Shown here one piece after another: positions 26,884 to 36,303 of a DNA stretch of 64,000 nt (position 1 is its first letter; each line of letters starts with the position of its first letter). The translations under genes were made by a program, and so were the position numbers. Origin of the DNA: Oscillatoria sp. FACHB-1406 (GTDB lineage Bacteria > Cyanobacteriota > Cyanobacteriia > Cyanobacteriales > Spirulinaceae); the NCBI RefSeq assembly GCF_014698145.1, contig NZ_JACJSM010000001.1:88633-152632 (forward strand). Reading direction: 5' to 3'. A model generated the notes under the pieces. That model ran no database searches. It saw only the letters and a list, made by a program, of their open reading frames with translations, and was not told the origin of the DNA.

Positions 26884-28308
26884 ATGCCAGCGCTCCCTTG
26901 CCGTGCTAACCTCTTTCAGGGCGATCGAGAACTTTATCGGTTTCTCCTCAACTGTCAAGAGCAATCCCTTCGTAAAAGGGAGTCTGTAATTGTAAGTTGG
27001 TCGCAAGAAATCGAGTTAATCGACCCGCTCGCCGTCTTACAAGTTGCCATTCAACTGAGTTCAAAAGCTTGGCATTTTTATTGGGAAAATGCGCGTGAGG
27101 AAGAGGCAGTATTTGCATTTGAGACAGCGCATATTTTAGAAATTGAAACGGGCGAACGTTTTCTGCGCTCGAAGGAGTTTGTTCGCAATTGTTTGAAACA
27201 AATTGTGCGGACGGGAGAGGAGAGTTTGCCTTGGGCGGGGCCGCATTTCTTTGCTAATTTTACCTTTTTTGAAGGGCGAAGAGAGTCAGGTTCGCCTTTC
27301 CCTAGTGCAACGTTGGTATTACCGGAATTTCAGGTAGCGCGGCGGGGGAATCGGGCGACGGTCACGTATCATTTTGCGATCGACGATCGCGCGAATTTAG
27401 AGGCGATTTTCGAGCGTCGATCGCGTTATTTTGAGTGGATTGAAAGCGGACGAAAGCAGCACAGCGGACTTCTTTCGCGTTCGAGCGCGATCGCGATTGA
27501 GGTTCCCGATGACGGAGCGGAACGCTTTGCTAAAGCGGTAAAATCGGCATTGCACGAGATCGATCGCGATCGCTACAGTAAAATCGTTTTGGCACGAGCG
27601 CTAGAAGTCGTTTCTCCCGTTCCTTTTCAACTGGCGGAATCGATCGACAACCTGCGGCGAGATCGTCCCGATTGTTATATTTTTTCGGCCAGTAACGGGC
27701 GGGGGATTAATTTTATTGGGGCGAGTCCGGAACGGTTGATGTGCGTGCGCGATCGCCAATTTATTGCCGATGCGCTGGCGGGTTCTGCACCGCGCGGTGG
27801 AACGCCGGGGGAGGACAGCGCGATCGCGCAAAAGCTTTTGCACGGCGAGAAAGAACGGCGAGAACACGAAGCAGTGAGCGATTTTATCGATCGCCGCTTG
27901 CAAGAATTGGGATTGCAACCCGCGCGATCGCCCTTGCAACTTTTGCAACTGCCCAACATTCAACACCTGCGAACCACCTTTCAAGGGCAGGTTCCCGATC
28001 GCATTCATCCCCTCGATATCGTCGCTAAACTGCACCCCACCCCAGCAATGGCCGGGGTTCCCACCGCCGCCGCTTGCGAGCGAATTCGTCGTTACGAACC
28101 GTGCGATCGCTCCCTTTACGCCGCCCCCCTCGGTTGGATAGACGGAAACGGGAACGGAGAATTTATCGTTGGCATTCGTTCGGCGTTTATTCAAGGCGAT
28201 CGCGCGCGACTTTACGCCGGTGCGGGGATTGTCGCCGGTTCCGATCCGCACAAAGAATTAGCCGAAGTGCAACTCAAATTACAAACTATCTTAAAAGCAC
28301 TGGCTTAG
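26884..28308 (+). CDS. menF: isochorismate synthase (chorismate-binding enzyme family)
   Basis: 474 aa with a C-terminal chorismate-binding domain (LHPTPAMAGVP...SLYAAPLGWIDGNGNGEFIVGIRSAFIQGDRARLYAGAGIVAGSDP..EL.E...K). It is divergent from menA. Confidence 0.8.
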   Translation: MPALPCRANLFQGDRELYRFLLNCQEQSLRKRESVIVSWSQEIELIDPLAVLQVAIQLSSKAWHFYWENAREEEAVFAFETAHILEIETGERFLRSKEFVRNCLKQIVRTGEESLPWAGPHFFANFTFFEGRRESGSPFPSATLVLPEFQVARRGNRATVTYHFAIDDRANLEAIFERRSRYFEWIESGRKQHSGLLSRSSAIAIEVPDDGAERFAKAVKSALHEIDRDRYSKIVLARALEVVSPVPFQLAESIDNLRRDRPDCYIFSASNGRGINFIGASPERLMCVRDRQFIADALAGSAPRGGTPGEDSAIAQKLLHGEKERREHEAVSDFIDRRLQELGLQPARSPLQLLQLPNIQHLRTTFQGQVPDRIHPLDIVAKLHPTPAMAGVPTAAACERIRRYEPCDRSLYAAPLGWIDGNGNGEFIVGIRSAFIQGDRARLYAGAGIVAGSDPHKELAEVQLKLQTILKALA

Positions 28309-28583
28309 GCGCGATCTTGGCGACTTTCCAAGCGAAACAACCACACCATCAACGCCACCACCCCAAGCTGCAAAGCAAAATTGGGCAGCGCCGAAGCCAC
28401 TTCTCGTCCCGCTGCAAGTTGGGATAAAAAGATCGTCGCGCCGATAAACCCCGATGCGCCAAAACCAACGTAAACGAATTTTCGCAACCCCCGGTAAGGC
28501 GCTTTCGCTTCCGCTTTTAGGCGGGCGTAAAGTTCGGCATCCATTGGCTCTTTCCGGCGCGGGCGTTTGTTAGAATCAGTCAT
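28305..28583 (-). CDS. small hypothetical membrane protein (92 aa)
   Basis: ORF with one or two hydrophobic segments (FVYVGFGASGFIGATIFLSQLAAG, LQLGVVALMVWLF). Confidence 0.4.
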   Translation of the reverse strand: MTDSNKRPRRKEPMDAELYARLKAEAKAPYRGLRKFVYVGFGASGFIGATIFLSQLAAGREVASALPNFALQLGVVALMVWLFRLESRQDRA

Positions 28584-28718
28584 TTATTCTCTGTTGGGCT
28601 GCTTAAACTCTTCGATTATCGCGCAATCGGCTAAGGGGATGCTTCTAATGCGGGCGAGCCAGCGAAGTCCAGAAAAAATTATTTTTTTTACAGGCATTGT
28701 GTTAAAATAGTTAACCGT

Positions 28719-28790
28719 GCCGATGTAGCTCAGTGGTAGAGCACTCGATTCGTAATCGAGCGGTCGTGAGTTCAAATCTCATCATCGGCT
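28719..28790 (+). tRNA. tRNA-Thr (anticodon CGU)
   Basis: GCCGATGTAGCTCAGTGGTAGAGCACTCGATTCGTAATCGAGCGGTCGTGAGTTCAAATCTCATCATCGGCT folds as a cloverleaf with a 7-bp acceptor stem GCCGATG/CATCGGC, D-loop AGCTCAGTGGTAGAGC and T-arm GTGAGTTCAAATCTCAT. The anticodon loop is TTCGTAA. No CCA is encoded. Confidence 0.9.
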
Positions 28791-28896
28791 TGAACTTAAA
28801 TGAACCAATCCTCTTTCAAGTAATTTTATGCTACGATAGATTATGTCAGCATTGACATGACTCCTCAATAAAGTTAATTCTTATGTTTAACTTTAA

Positions 28897-29244
28897 ATGA
28901 AAAAATCTCAAAAGCCAGACAAACTACTTGTCTGGCTTGAGGGTGAAGTAAAAACGCCTCCCTTTTCAGCTGCTGCCCGCATTGAAGCAGGACAATTGTT
29001 AAGAAGATTGCAGCAAGGAGAAATCTTGACCATGCCTTCTTCTCGACCCATGCCAATGATCGGTACTCACTGTTATGAATTGCGGATAGGCGATAGCGAA
29101 GCTGGTAAGCAATGGCGAATAATTTATCGTATTGACTTTGATGCAATTGTTATCGCCGATGTTTTCCAAAAGACAACACAAAAAACACCAAAGCGAGCAA
29201 TTGATAACAGTAAACGACGACTCAAGTTATACGACGAAATTTAA
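28897..29244 (+). CDS. higB: type II toxin, HigB/Gp49-like (RelE/ParE superfamily)
   Basis: 115 aa. CYELRI...WRIIYRID...IVIADVFQKTTQKTPKRAIDNSKRRLKLY matches the Gp49/HigB family pattern (...FQKKS...TPK.EI....RRLK). Confidence 0.7.
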   Translation: MKKSQKPDKLLVWLEGEVKTPPFSAAARIEAGQLLRRLQQGEILTMPSSRPMPMIGTHCYELRIGDSEAGKQWRIIYRIDFDAIVIADVFQKTTQKTPKRAIDNSKRRLKLYDEI

Positions 29245-29272
29245 GAATCATTATCAATTTAGCTGAATAGAG

Positions 29273-29626
29273 TTGGATTTTTATAAGATTCGATCGAGGT
29301 TATTAACTATGGATATATTAAAGCGTCAACGCTTAGAAGCAGCGGGTTGGAAAGTCGGAAATACTGAAGATTTTCTCGAATTATCCCCCCAAGAAGTTGA
29401 TTTTATAGAATTAAAACTCTCTCTTAGCAAGCATTTACGAGAATTACGATTGAATCAAAATCTTTCTCAAGAAAGATTAGCGAAAAAAATAAAATCCAGC
29501 CAGTCAAGAGTTGCTAAAATGGAGTCAGGAGACCCTTCCGTGTCTTTTGACTTAATCGTGCGAACACTGCTGGCGATGGGAGCAACTTATCAGGATTTAG
29601 CAACGGCGATCGCATCTTGCGAGTAG
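29273..29626 (+). CDS. higA: HTH XRE-family antitoxin (HigA-like)
   Basis: It lies immediately downstream of higB. HTH region LRELRLNQNLSQERLAKKIKSSQSRVAKMESGD. The true start may be the ATG at 29309 (MDILKRQRL...). Confidence 0.65.
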   Translation: MDFYKIRSRLLTMDILKRQRLEAAGWKVGNTEDFLELSPQEVDFIELKLSLSKHLRELRLNQNLSQERLAKKIKSSQSRVAKMESGDPSVSFDLIVRTLLAMGATYQDLATAIASCE

Positions 29627-29827
29627 TTTCTATTTCTCATCGCCCTTATAGGCTATTTATAGCACTAGACAACTCGATAAAGGTTGCATTAGAAAAATGA
29701 GATGATGCTTTGGATAGGTTGCCCTGTCCAAATCTATTGCACTACTTTAGCTATGCCACAGTAGTAGGGTGCGTTAGCGAAGCGTAACGCACCATTCATT
29801 ATCTTAACCGCCCACCTTATTGCCGAA

Positions 29828-30064
29828 CTGTAGAGACGTTGTATATATAGCAATCCCAAATAGGTTGTGATAAGTACGAGCGCTGAAAGCCATACGCAGC
29901 AACGCTCTATCTTCCGAGAAATATTTTAAACAATTTGGGATTGCTATAGCAGTTTTCAATTGGATGAGGTACAGAGCGATCCCCCTAAATCCCCCTTATT
30001 AAGGGGGACTTTTAAAAAAAGCGTACCTCACGCACATGAAAAACGCTATACAACGTCTCCACAG
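29828..30064. mobile_element. 237-bp MITE-like non-autonomous element with 18-bp terminal inverted repeats CTGTAGAGACGTTGTATA / TATACAACGTCTCCACAG and internal hairpins
   Basis: TIRs differ at 1 of 18 positions. Internal inverted repeats are TATAGCAATCCCAAAT...ATTTGGGATTGCTATA, GAGGTAC...GTACCTC and a CCCCCTTAATAAGGGGG hairpin. There is no coding capacity. Related sequences at 25520..25551 and 62925..63071. Confidence 0.65.
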
Positions 30065-30102
30065 GTCTTAAGAACAAGTTTATAAATAGTCTCTTAACGC
30101 TA

Positions 30103-32067
30103 TTATTCTGCTGTAGAAACTTTCCCATCCCCCGTTACCGCCGTCGAGAAAGTGTGTCCGCCCGCTTCTACTTTTAACGTTCCTACCTTCCAGCCCAAGG
30201 AAACAATCGACGGCCCGGAAACGACGCGATAGAGATCGAAATGCTGCAACCAATCGTAAACTTCGCCGTTACGTTCAATAATAGGAAGTTGTTCGAGAGC
30301 GCGCCAAGTTAAATTAAGGGTATTGCTATCACTCCCTTTTAACCCCACCGTTCCTTCCTTTAAACGAGCAAGATTTAACTCTCCCTTACGCTTCACCGCT
30401 TCCTTAAAACGAGCGTAATCATTCCCCTCTACGAGATCGCCCGTTTCTAACGCAAAACCGGCTAGTTCTTGACCCTTTGGGGTGGCTTTTATCCATCGTT
30501 CTGCCCCGTAACCGCGCGTCGCTTTCTTTTCCGGTATGGGAACGTCTGTATAATCATTAAGTTGAATCGGACGAATCGCGATCGCAACTTTTTCTAATCG
30601 CACAAACCAAATTCCCTCTTCAATCTCCATCTTCGCTGTTTTCGGCAGTTGAAAAAAGAACGGTCGGTTGGCCGGACGCAACCAAATTAAGAGATTGCGG
30701 AACTGTCCGATTTGGTCGCCCGGATTTTTCCCCGGTTTCACGCCTTCCTCGCCCGTATTGGCAACAAAAAAGTCAACGCCGCGCTGAGAATTATTGGCCA
30801 TGATTTTAAATGGCCCGACATCGCCATCGGCAAACCCAGAAACAACGCTGCCCATTTGATACGTCCGCCCGAAAAACTGAGTTTCCCAATACGCCGGTTT
30901 ATCCTCCCCGTCCTGCTTCCAATTTTCATAAATTGGTTTCGTCGCCATCATCTCGACGGGTTGCTTGAATTGCTTTCGCGCCAAGGCAACGACAGCTAAG
31001 GGCGGTCGGTAGCGACTGGTAATCATGTAGAGGGTATCGAGTTCGGGTTCGGGGTTGGGCTGGGGAACATCGCCGAAGTAGAGGTCGAAGGTACGCGCCG
31101 CAGAAGAACCGTAAACGACGTTAGCACCGCCGTAATCGCGTTTTGTCGGCCCGCCCCAACCGCCGCGACGATATTTAAGGGCAGCAGCGGTTGACATCCA
31201 ATCTAAGGCGGCTTTGGCGATCGCTTTGACTTCGGAGTCTTTGGCGAAGTCGTAGAGGTTGAGGTAGGGGGCAAAGGTGTGACTGTGGTAGTTTTCTGAG
31301 TCCCATTCGCCCATCCCGATGTGGTATAGCGCCCAAACGTAACGCTGGATTTTTTGCTTGTAGAGTTGGCGGACGGCTTCGTTTCCGGTTTCTTCTGCCA
31401 TGAGGTAAACGGAGGTTTCACGCATGGCGCGCAGGTTATCGGTGTTGCGCCCGTCTACCCACAATCCGCGCCGCTGAATCGACCAGTCTTGTCCGCTGCC
31501 ATCACCGTTTCCGTAAAGGGGATGGGGACGTTCGAGGGGGTCGCGTTCCGTCCATTTTTTGGCACCGTCAAACATTCGTTGTTTGTAGGCGGGGTTGAGG
31601 AAGGAACCGAAGAGGAAGTATTTGCGAATTTGACCTTTGAGGGTGAAGGAGAAGTAGTAGTCAATGCCGTCGGTGTGGGCGTGTTCTGGGGTTTGGGAGT
31701 CTTCTTGTTGGAGAAAGGCGATCGCGCGTTCTTTATTTCCGGCGAGAAAGTCGAACATAGCGCGAGGATAAGATCGTTTCTCGTTTTCTTGGGTCGTGTT
31801 CCCATAGGTTTTGGGGTTGCTGTAAAGCTGGATAATGGCAAGCGCGCGCTGCTCGAATTCGGCTTCGAGTTCCGGAGTCCAAGGGTTTTGCAGTTTTTGT
31901 GGAATGTCGGCCGGTTGGAGATTGAGAAAAGGCCCGCGATCGGAGGGACGCGGGACGATAGCAGCCGAATTTGGGGAAGAAGGGGAGAAATTGGGAGCTA
32001 TGCAACCGCAAAGCGCGATCGCGAGTGCAATGGCTGTATTCTGAATTCTTAATGTCAGCTTCCTCAT
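30103..32067 (-). CDS. large secreted hypothetical protein, probable lipoprotein (654 aa); possible polysaccharide-acting enzyme-like fold
   Basis: N-terminal signal peptide ending ...IALAIALCGC (lipobox-like), Trp/Tyr-rich body and no confident domain. Confidence 0.55.
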   Translation of the reverse strand: MRKLTLRIQNTAIALAIALCGCIAPNFSPSSPNSAAIVPRPSDRGPFLNLQPADIPQKLQNPWTPELEAEFEQRALAIIQLYSNPKTYGNTTQENEKRSYPRAMFDFLAGNKERAIAFLQQEDSQTPEHAHTDGIDYYFSFTLKGQIRKYFLFGSFLNPAYKQRMFDGAKKWTERDPLERPHPLYGNGDGSGQDWSIQRRGLWVDGRNTDNLRAMRETSVYLMAEETGNEAVRQLYKQKIQRYVWALYHIGMGEWDSENYHSHTFAPYLNLYDFAKDSEVKAIAKAALDWMSTAAALKYRRGGWGGPTKRDYGGANVVYGSSAARTFDLYFGDVPQPNPEPELDTLYMITSRYRPPLAVVALARKQFKQPVEMMATKPIYENWKQDGEDKPAYWETQFFGRTYQMGSVVSGFADGDVGPFKIMANNSQRGVDFFVANTGEEGVKPGKNPGDQIGQFRNLLIWLRPANRPFFFQLPKTAKMEIEEGIWFVRLEKVAIAIRPIQLNDYTDVPIPEKKATRGYGAERWIKATPKGQELAGFALETGDLVEGNDYARFKEAVKRKGELNLARLKEGTVGLKGSDSNTLNLTWRALEQLPIIERNGEVYDWLQHFDLYRVVSGPSIVSLGWKVGTLKVEAGGHTFSTAVTGDGKVSTAE

Positions 32068-32597
32068 CTTTTAGCTCCCATTCACAAGTGCAAATACTGC
32101 AAAAAATAGCGAGCAATCCACTCAACTCGCGCGATTCGGGATGGCTTGGGCCTACAACGATCCCCGTTTTTAAACTGCGATTAATTATACCTATCTATCA
32201 TTTCTGCTGCGATTATCAGCTTGCGATCGCGAGCTTGGGGTTGCAGCAATGGATTAAAACTTAGATTTGGGGGGTCTTATCCCCCATCAAGATTAGTATT
32301 TGACTGTGCTTACCCCCTCAATTTTTGCAGGTTACAATTCCGAGCAATTGAATTAAATTTCAACCTCAACCCACCGTACTTGCAGAAATGAGATATAAGG
32401 GTTAGAGGTTTACAGAGAGCGCGTTTCAGCTTTAAAAAGCAGTTTTATATATCTTATCGATCCAAAAAAGTCAAGAGAAATTAGAAATTATTATTATGGG
32501 TTCGCGGGTCTCGAAAATGCTGAGGACGTTTGGCTAGTTCAGACTGTAAAATGTTCAATCGGACACGAAACATTTACCATTCTTTAATATTTAGCTT

Positions 32598-33998
32598 ATG
32601 GTCATGCCTGAATGGGGATGGTTGTCGCGAGGGACACTCCTAGGTGTCGTCGGAACGGTGGCGCTAGTTGCGTTATTTTCATCGGAAAGACCGAAGACAT
32701 CGCCGGTAGTCTCAAATTCCGAAGTTGCACCGAGTTCAACTGCATCGACAAACCGGACTAAGCGGATCGCCGTACCCATGCTTGCCACCTTAGCGAGTTA
32801 CGCGCAGCCCCAAACCCAAACCACTGGAAAGCAATTCGGCGTGCAAGCAGCGCAGGCAGCAACGCCAGAAGGAGAATATCAAGCGCCTGCCGCTCCGATT
32901 ATGCCGCCCGCAGAACTGTTCGCTACGCCGGTTTCTCTAGGGATGTTAGCCATTGGCGCGGCGGAGGGGAATTATCGAGTTTTCCGAGAGAAAGGAACTC
33001 TCTACGTCGAGCAAACCCCTCTTTACTTCGGGCATACCGATCCGGGGAATTTTGCGACGAACTATGGTCCTTGCAGCGACCAAGGCAGAAGTCGAGGGAA
33101 TATCGAGTTAGCAGCCCAGATGTGCGTCGATAGATCGCGCCGCCAACTTCCCGTTAATATCGCCGATTTAGTAGCAGTAGGAATTGATGCCAATCGCGAC
33201 CCGGAAGCGTTAATTAATGCGGCGGATCTTTACAACCAAGCGAGCGAAATTCATTCCCGACGTTTTCCCCAAGCACTGACAATCGCGCGGCGGGGCGGAC
33301 TGAAGGGATTAGAAGCGATCGCATGGGCGCGCACTGCTTCTTTTTATCTCAACGATTACGGCGAACTCGACATCGAGAAAGGGGCAAACCGTGCGGGCGG
33401 ACTGATCGGGATTTGCTCGCGGGAAAATCGGGCTGTAACCGAGTGGGAGTGCGTTTACCACGACCAAATGCGACGGGCGCGAGCAATTTCCGACGCGATC
33501 GCGCAATACTTCCAAATTCCTGACTCTGCCCTCCTTGTGGCAGCGAATAATCCCCCAGCAGGCGCTAAAGCTGCGCCCAACTCGCCCCCTATCGCTTACA
33601 AATTTCCCACTCAAGGGCGCGTTCGCAAAAGTTACAGCATTACTGGCAAACAAAAACATCCCGCGATCGATATTGCCGCCCCCGAAGGTACGCCAATCAT
33701 CGCCGCCGCCGACGGTAAAGTCATCGCAGCGGGAGTGGGCGACGAACCGGAAGTCGTTCGAGCAGCGGGACAAAATTGGGGCAAAGCCTTAGTCCTCGTA
33801 ATCTCCCACGATAACGGTGACAGAACGATTTACGCTCACAATCAACGCCACATTGTTAAAGTCGGTCAAAAAGTGACCAAAGGACAAACAATAGCACTCG
33901 TCGGTCAAAGTGGTAATGCTGAGTATCCTCACCTCCACTTTGAACTAAAACATAACGGACAATCGGTCAATCCCCTATCCTATATTCAATTCAATTAA
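32598..33998 (+). CDS. M23 family metallopeptidase (LytM-like) with a large N-terminal domain of unknown function
   Basis: C-terminal M23 motifs (HPAIDIAAPEGTPIIAAADGKVI...ISHDNGDRTIYAHNQ...GQSGNAEYPHLHFEL). N-terminal signal/TM segment. Confidence 0.8.
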   Translation: MVMPEWGWLSRGTLLGVVGTVALVALFSSERPKTSPVVSNSEVAPSSTASTNRTKRIAVPMLATLASYAQPQTQTTGKQFGVQAAQAATPEGEYQAPAAPIMPPAELFATPVSLGMLAIGAAEGNYRVFREKGTLYVEQTPLYFGHTDPGNFATNYGPCSDQGRSRGNIELAAQMCVDRSRRQLPVNIADLVAVGIDANRDPEALINAADLYNQASEIHSRRFPQALTIARRGGLKGLEAIAWARTASFYLNDYGELDIEKGANRAGGLIGICSRENRAVTEWECVYHDQMRRARAISDAIAQYFQIPDSALLVAANNPPAGAKAAPNSPPIAYKFPTQGRVRKSYSITGKQKHPAIDIAAPEGTPIIAAADGKVIAAGVGDEPEVVRAAGQNWGKALVLVISHDNGDRTIYAHNQRHIVKVGQKVTKGQTIALVGQSGNAEYPHLHFELKHNGQSVNPLSYIQFN

Positions 33999-34000
33999 GG

Positions 34001-34190
34001 CTAGCTGAATAATGGACAATTGACAATTGATAATGGACAACGTTCGTACAAATTCATTGCTCCCTTGAGGCGAAGTCTCTTTTTAGGGCATCGGTACTAA
34101 TTGGAGGTGTAAGGGTATGGGCAATAGAGCCATTAACGGCTCCGAACGTTATCAATTGTCCATTATCAATTGTCAATTATTCACCGCTCG
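34001..34190. repeat. GGACAAT/TTGACAAT-type palindromic intergenic element (two inverted arms ~30 bp separated by ~120 bp)
   Basis: Left arm aatGGACAATTGACAATTGATAATGGACAA (34001..34030) and right arm TTATCAATTGTCCATTATCAATTGTCAATTATT (34150..34182) are reverse complements. Confidence 0.6.
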
Positions 34191-34393
34191 CCTTTGCTCC
34201 AAATTCAGCACTCAGAATTTTTAATTTCAAATCATCATCGAAGCGTTGCATTTATTGCATCGCCTTTATTAATTTTGCATCAAAGAATACATCAACAATT
34301 TTAACCGCACTTTAACTTTCTCTTAACTGAAACTCAAACCTTTGAGTCTTCAGCCATTGCATCTCAGTTCTCTGAGATCGGAACGCTACCAGT

Positions 34394-36199
34394 GTGAGGA
34401 AAATTGTGAAATCCAATCAAATTAAACCCTTCGAGACATTTAGCACTTCAGCATTGCTCGTAAGCACTTTGCTGCTATCTGTATCGCTCAAAGCAGCAGC
34501 AAACCCCGCTACTCCAGAGGTTCCCTCTGAACTCTCTACGCCGGTTTTACCTCAACCTACAGAGGTTCCCTCTGAACTCTCCACGCCTGTTTTACCTCAA
34601 CCTACAGAAGATGGCAATCAGGCTGCCCTCAATGAGATTGAAAGCTATAGCAACACCGAGGCAGAAAGTTCCCTCGGTCAAGAGTTGCAAGGAGCTTCCA
34701 AATTTCGCGACGTTCGTCCCACTGACTGGGCCTTCCAAGCCTTAGATGACCTCATTAAGCGCTACGATTGTCTCGTTGGCTATCCCGACGGAACTTTTCG
34801 AGGCAATCGTCCCCTCAGCCGTTACGAATTTGCCGCCGGTTTGAATGCTTGTTTGAATCAAATCGAACGGTTAATCTCCTCTTCTGGTGGTGATTTCGCC
34901 ACTCGCGAAGACCTTGAAACGTTGCGTCGCCTGATGCAAGAGTTTGAAACCGAACTTGCTTCCCTCGGTACTCGCGTCGATAACTTAGAAGCACGTACTG
35001 CCTTCCTAGAAGATCATCAATTCTCGACGACAACGAAACTATCGGGCGAGGTGATTTTTGCTCTTTCCGATGCTTGGGGCGGTCAAACCGATAATACCCA
35101 TACTGTCTTTCAAAACCGAGTTCGTCTCAATTTCCTAACCAGTTTTACCGGCAAAGATCAACTGCAAGTCCGCCTGCAAGCTGACAACGCGCCGCCTCTG
35201 TTGCCCGGTAACATGGTCTTTAACGATAACCCTAACCCGACAACAACCCAAGAAGGGCGTTTCACTTACGACGGTCCCAATCCCGGCAATACGCCCAATA
35301 ATGTTTTTATTGACATCCTGCGCTATCGTTTCCCCATCGGGAATAAAATCAACGTGCAGATTATTGCCAACGGTGGTTTGCATCATTACTACGTCGATAC
35401 CGTAAACCCTTATTTTGAAGGATTGGCGGGCGGTTCTAATGCCATTTCGCGCTTTGCGGAACGCAACCCCATCTATCGTATCGGGCCGTTTGGAGCGGGT
35501 GCGGCGGTCGCCATTAAACCTTTAGATGCGGTGCGCGTCGATTTAGGATATATTGCCAACGAAGCTGAGGATCCTGGTTCCGGTTCGGGATTGTTTAATG
35601 GTAATTATTCCGCGATCGCGCAAGTCGTTGTCGGTAATACTCATAAAATCGGCTTCACCTACGTCCACGCTTACGACGGCACAACCGCTGCGACTTTCCC
35701 CACGCGCTTTGCTCTGGGCGGAACGGGAACCAGTTATGCTAACCTTGCCCCTGCTGCCCTCGCGCGTATTACCGGACTTCCTGCCGCTCGGATGAATACG
35801 CCTGTCGTGAGTAACTCCTACGGGATCGAAACCTCTTTACCCATTACGCCCAACATTGTTTTTAACGGCTGGGTGGGATTAACCAATGCGCGTTTGATCG
35901 GTTTGGGCGATGCTAATATTTGGAACTTCGCTGGCGGTTTAGCGTTCCCGGATTTAGGTCAAGCGGGCAATCTCGGCGGTCTCTTTTTCGGGGCAGAACC
36001 GACGCTACGCGGCTTGCGGACTTCGGGTAATCGCTCTTTTTCTCGAGATTTTGCTTACCATTTCGAGGCATTTTACCGCCACCAAATTGGGAAAAATATC
36101 TCCATTACTCCGGGGGTAATTTGGTTGCTCAATCCCAACCAAAATTCAGCTAATAATGACGCGGTGATTGGGACATTACGAACGACGTTTACGTTCTAA
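34394..36199 (+). CDS. SLH-domain outer-membrane porin (OprB/SomA-like), paralog of 17672..19357
   Basis: Signal peptide, duplicated PEVPSELSTPVLPQPTE segment, SLH domain (FRDVRPTDWAFQALDDLIKRYDCLVGYPDGTFRGNRPLSRYEFAAGLNACL), coiled coil and a beta-barrel ending ...TTFTF. Confidence 0.8.
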   Translation: MRKIVKSNQIKPFETFSTSALLVSTLLLSVSLKAAANPATPEVPSELSTPVLPQPTEVPSELSTPVLPQPTEDGNQAALNEIESYSNTEAESSLGQELQGASKFRDVRPTDWAFQALDDLIKRYDCLVGYPDGTFRGNRPLSRYEFAAGLNACLNQIERLISSSGGDFATREDLETLRRLMQEFETELASLGTRVDNLEARTAFLEDHQFSTTTKLSGEVIFALSDAWGGQTDNTHTVFQNRVRLNFLTSFTGKDQLQVRLQADNAPPLLPGNMVFNDNPNPTTTQEGRFTYDGPNPGNTPNNVFIDILRYRFPIGNKINVQIIANGGLHHYYVDTVNPYFEGLAGGSNAISRFAERNPIYRIGPFGAGAAVAIKPLDAVRVDLGYIANEAEDPGSGSGLFNGNYSAIAQVVVGNTHKIGFTYVHAYDGTTAATFPTRFALGGTGTSYANLAPAALARITGLPAARMNTPVVSNSYGIETSLPITPNIVFNGWVGLTNARLIGLGDANIWNFAGGLAFPDLGQAGNLGGLFFGAEPTLRGLRTSGNRSFSRDFAYHFEAFYRHQIGKNISITPGVIWLLNPNQNSANNDAVIGTLRTTFTF

Positions 36200-36303
36200 T
36201 CTCTAATCCAGTCTGTCACTAGCGGGGCGAGTTATTCTCTGCCCCGCTAGTTGTAAGATTGAAGGCGCGATCGCATCCGGTGAATCCCTAAATTCTTTCA
36301 ACC

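Noticed and set aside
27601-28251. 216-aa minus-strand ORF inside menF
   Set aside because: It is antisense to a conserved chorismate-binding domain and has no homology.
28584-28775. 63-aa minus-strand ORF overlapping the tRNA-Thr gene
   Set aside because: It lies antisense across a well-formed tRNA cloverleaf, so it is an ORF-finder artefact.
31354-32052. 232-aa plus-strand ORF inside the lipoprotein gene (and minus-strand ORFs 31455..31841, 31733..32125 in other frames)
   Set aside because: These are overlapping or alternate-frame ORFs. The 654-aa frame has the signal peptide and a continuous protein-like composition.
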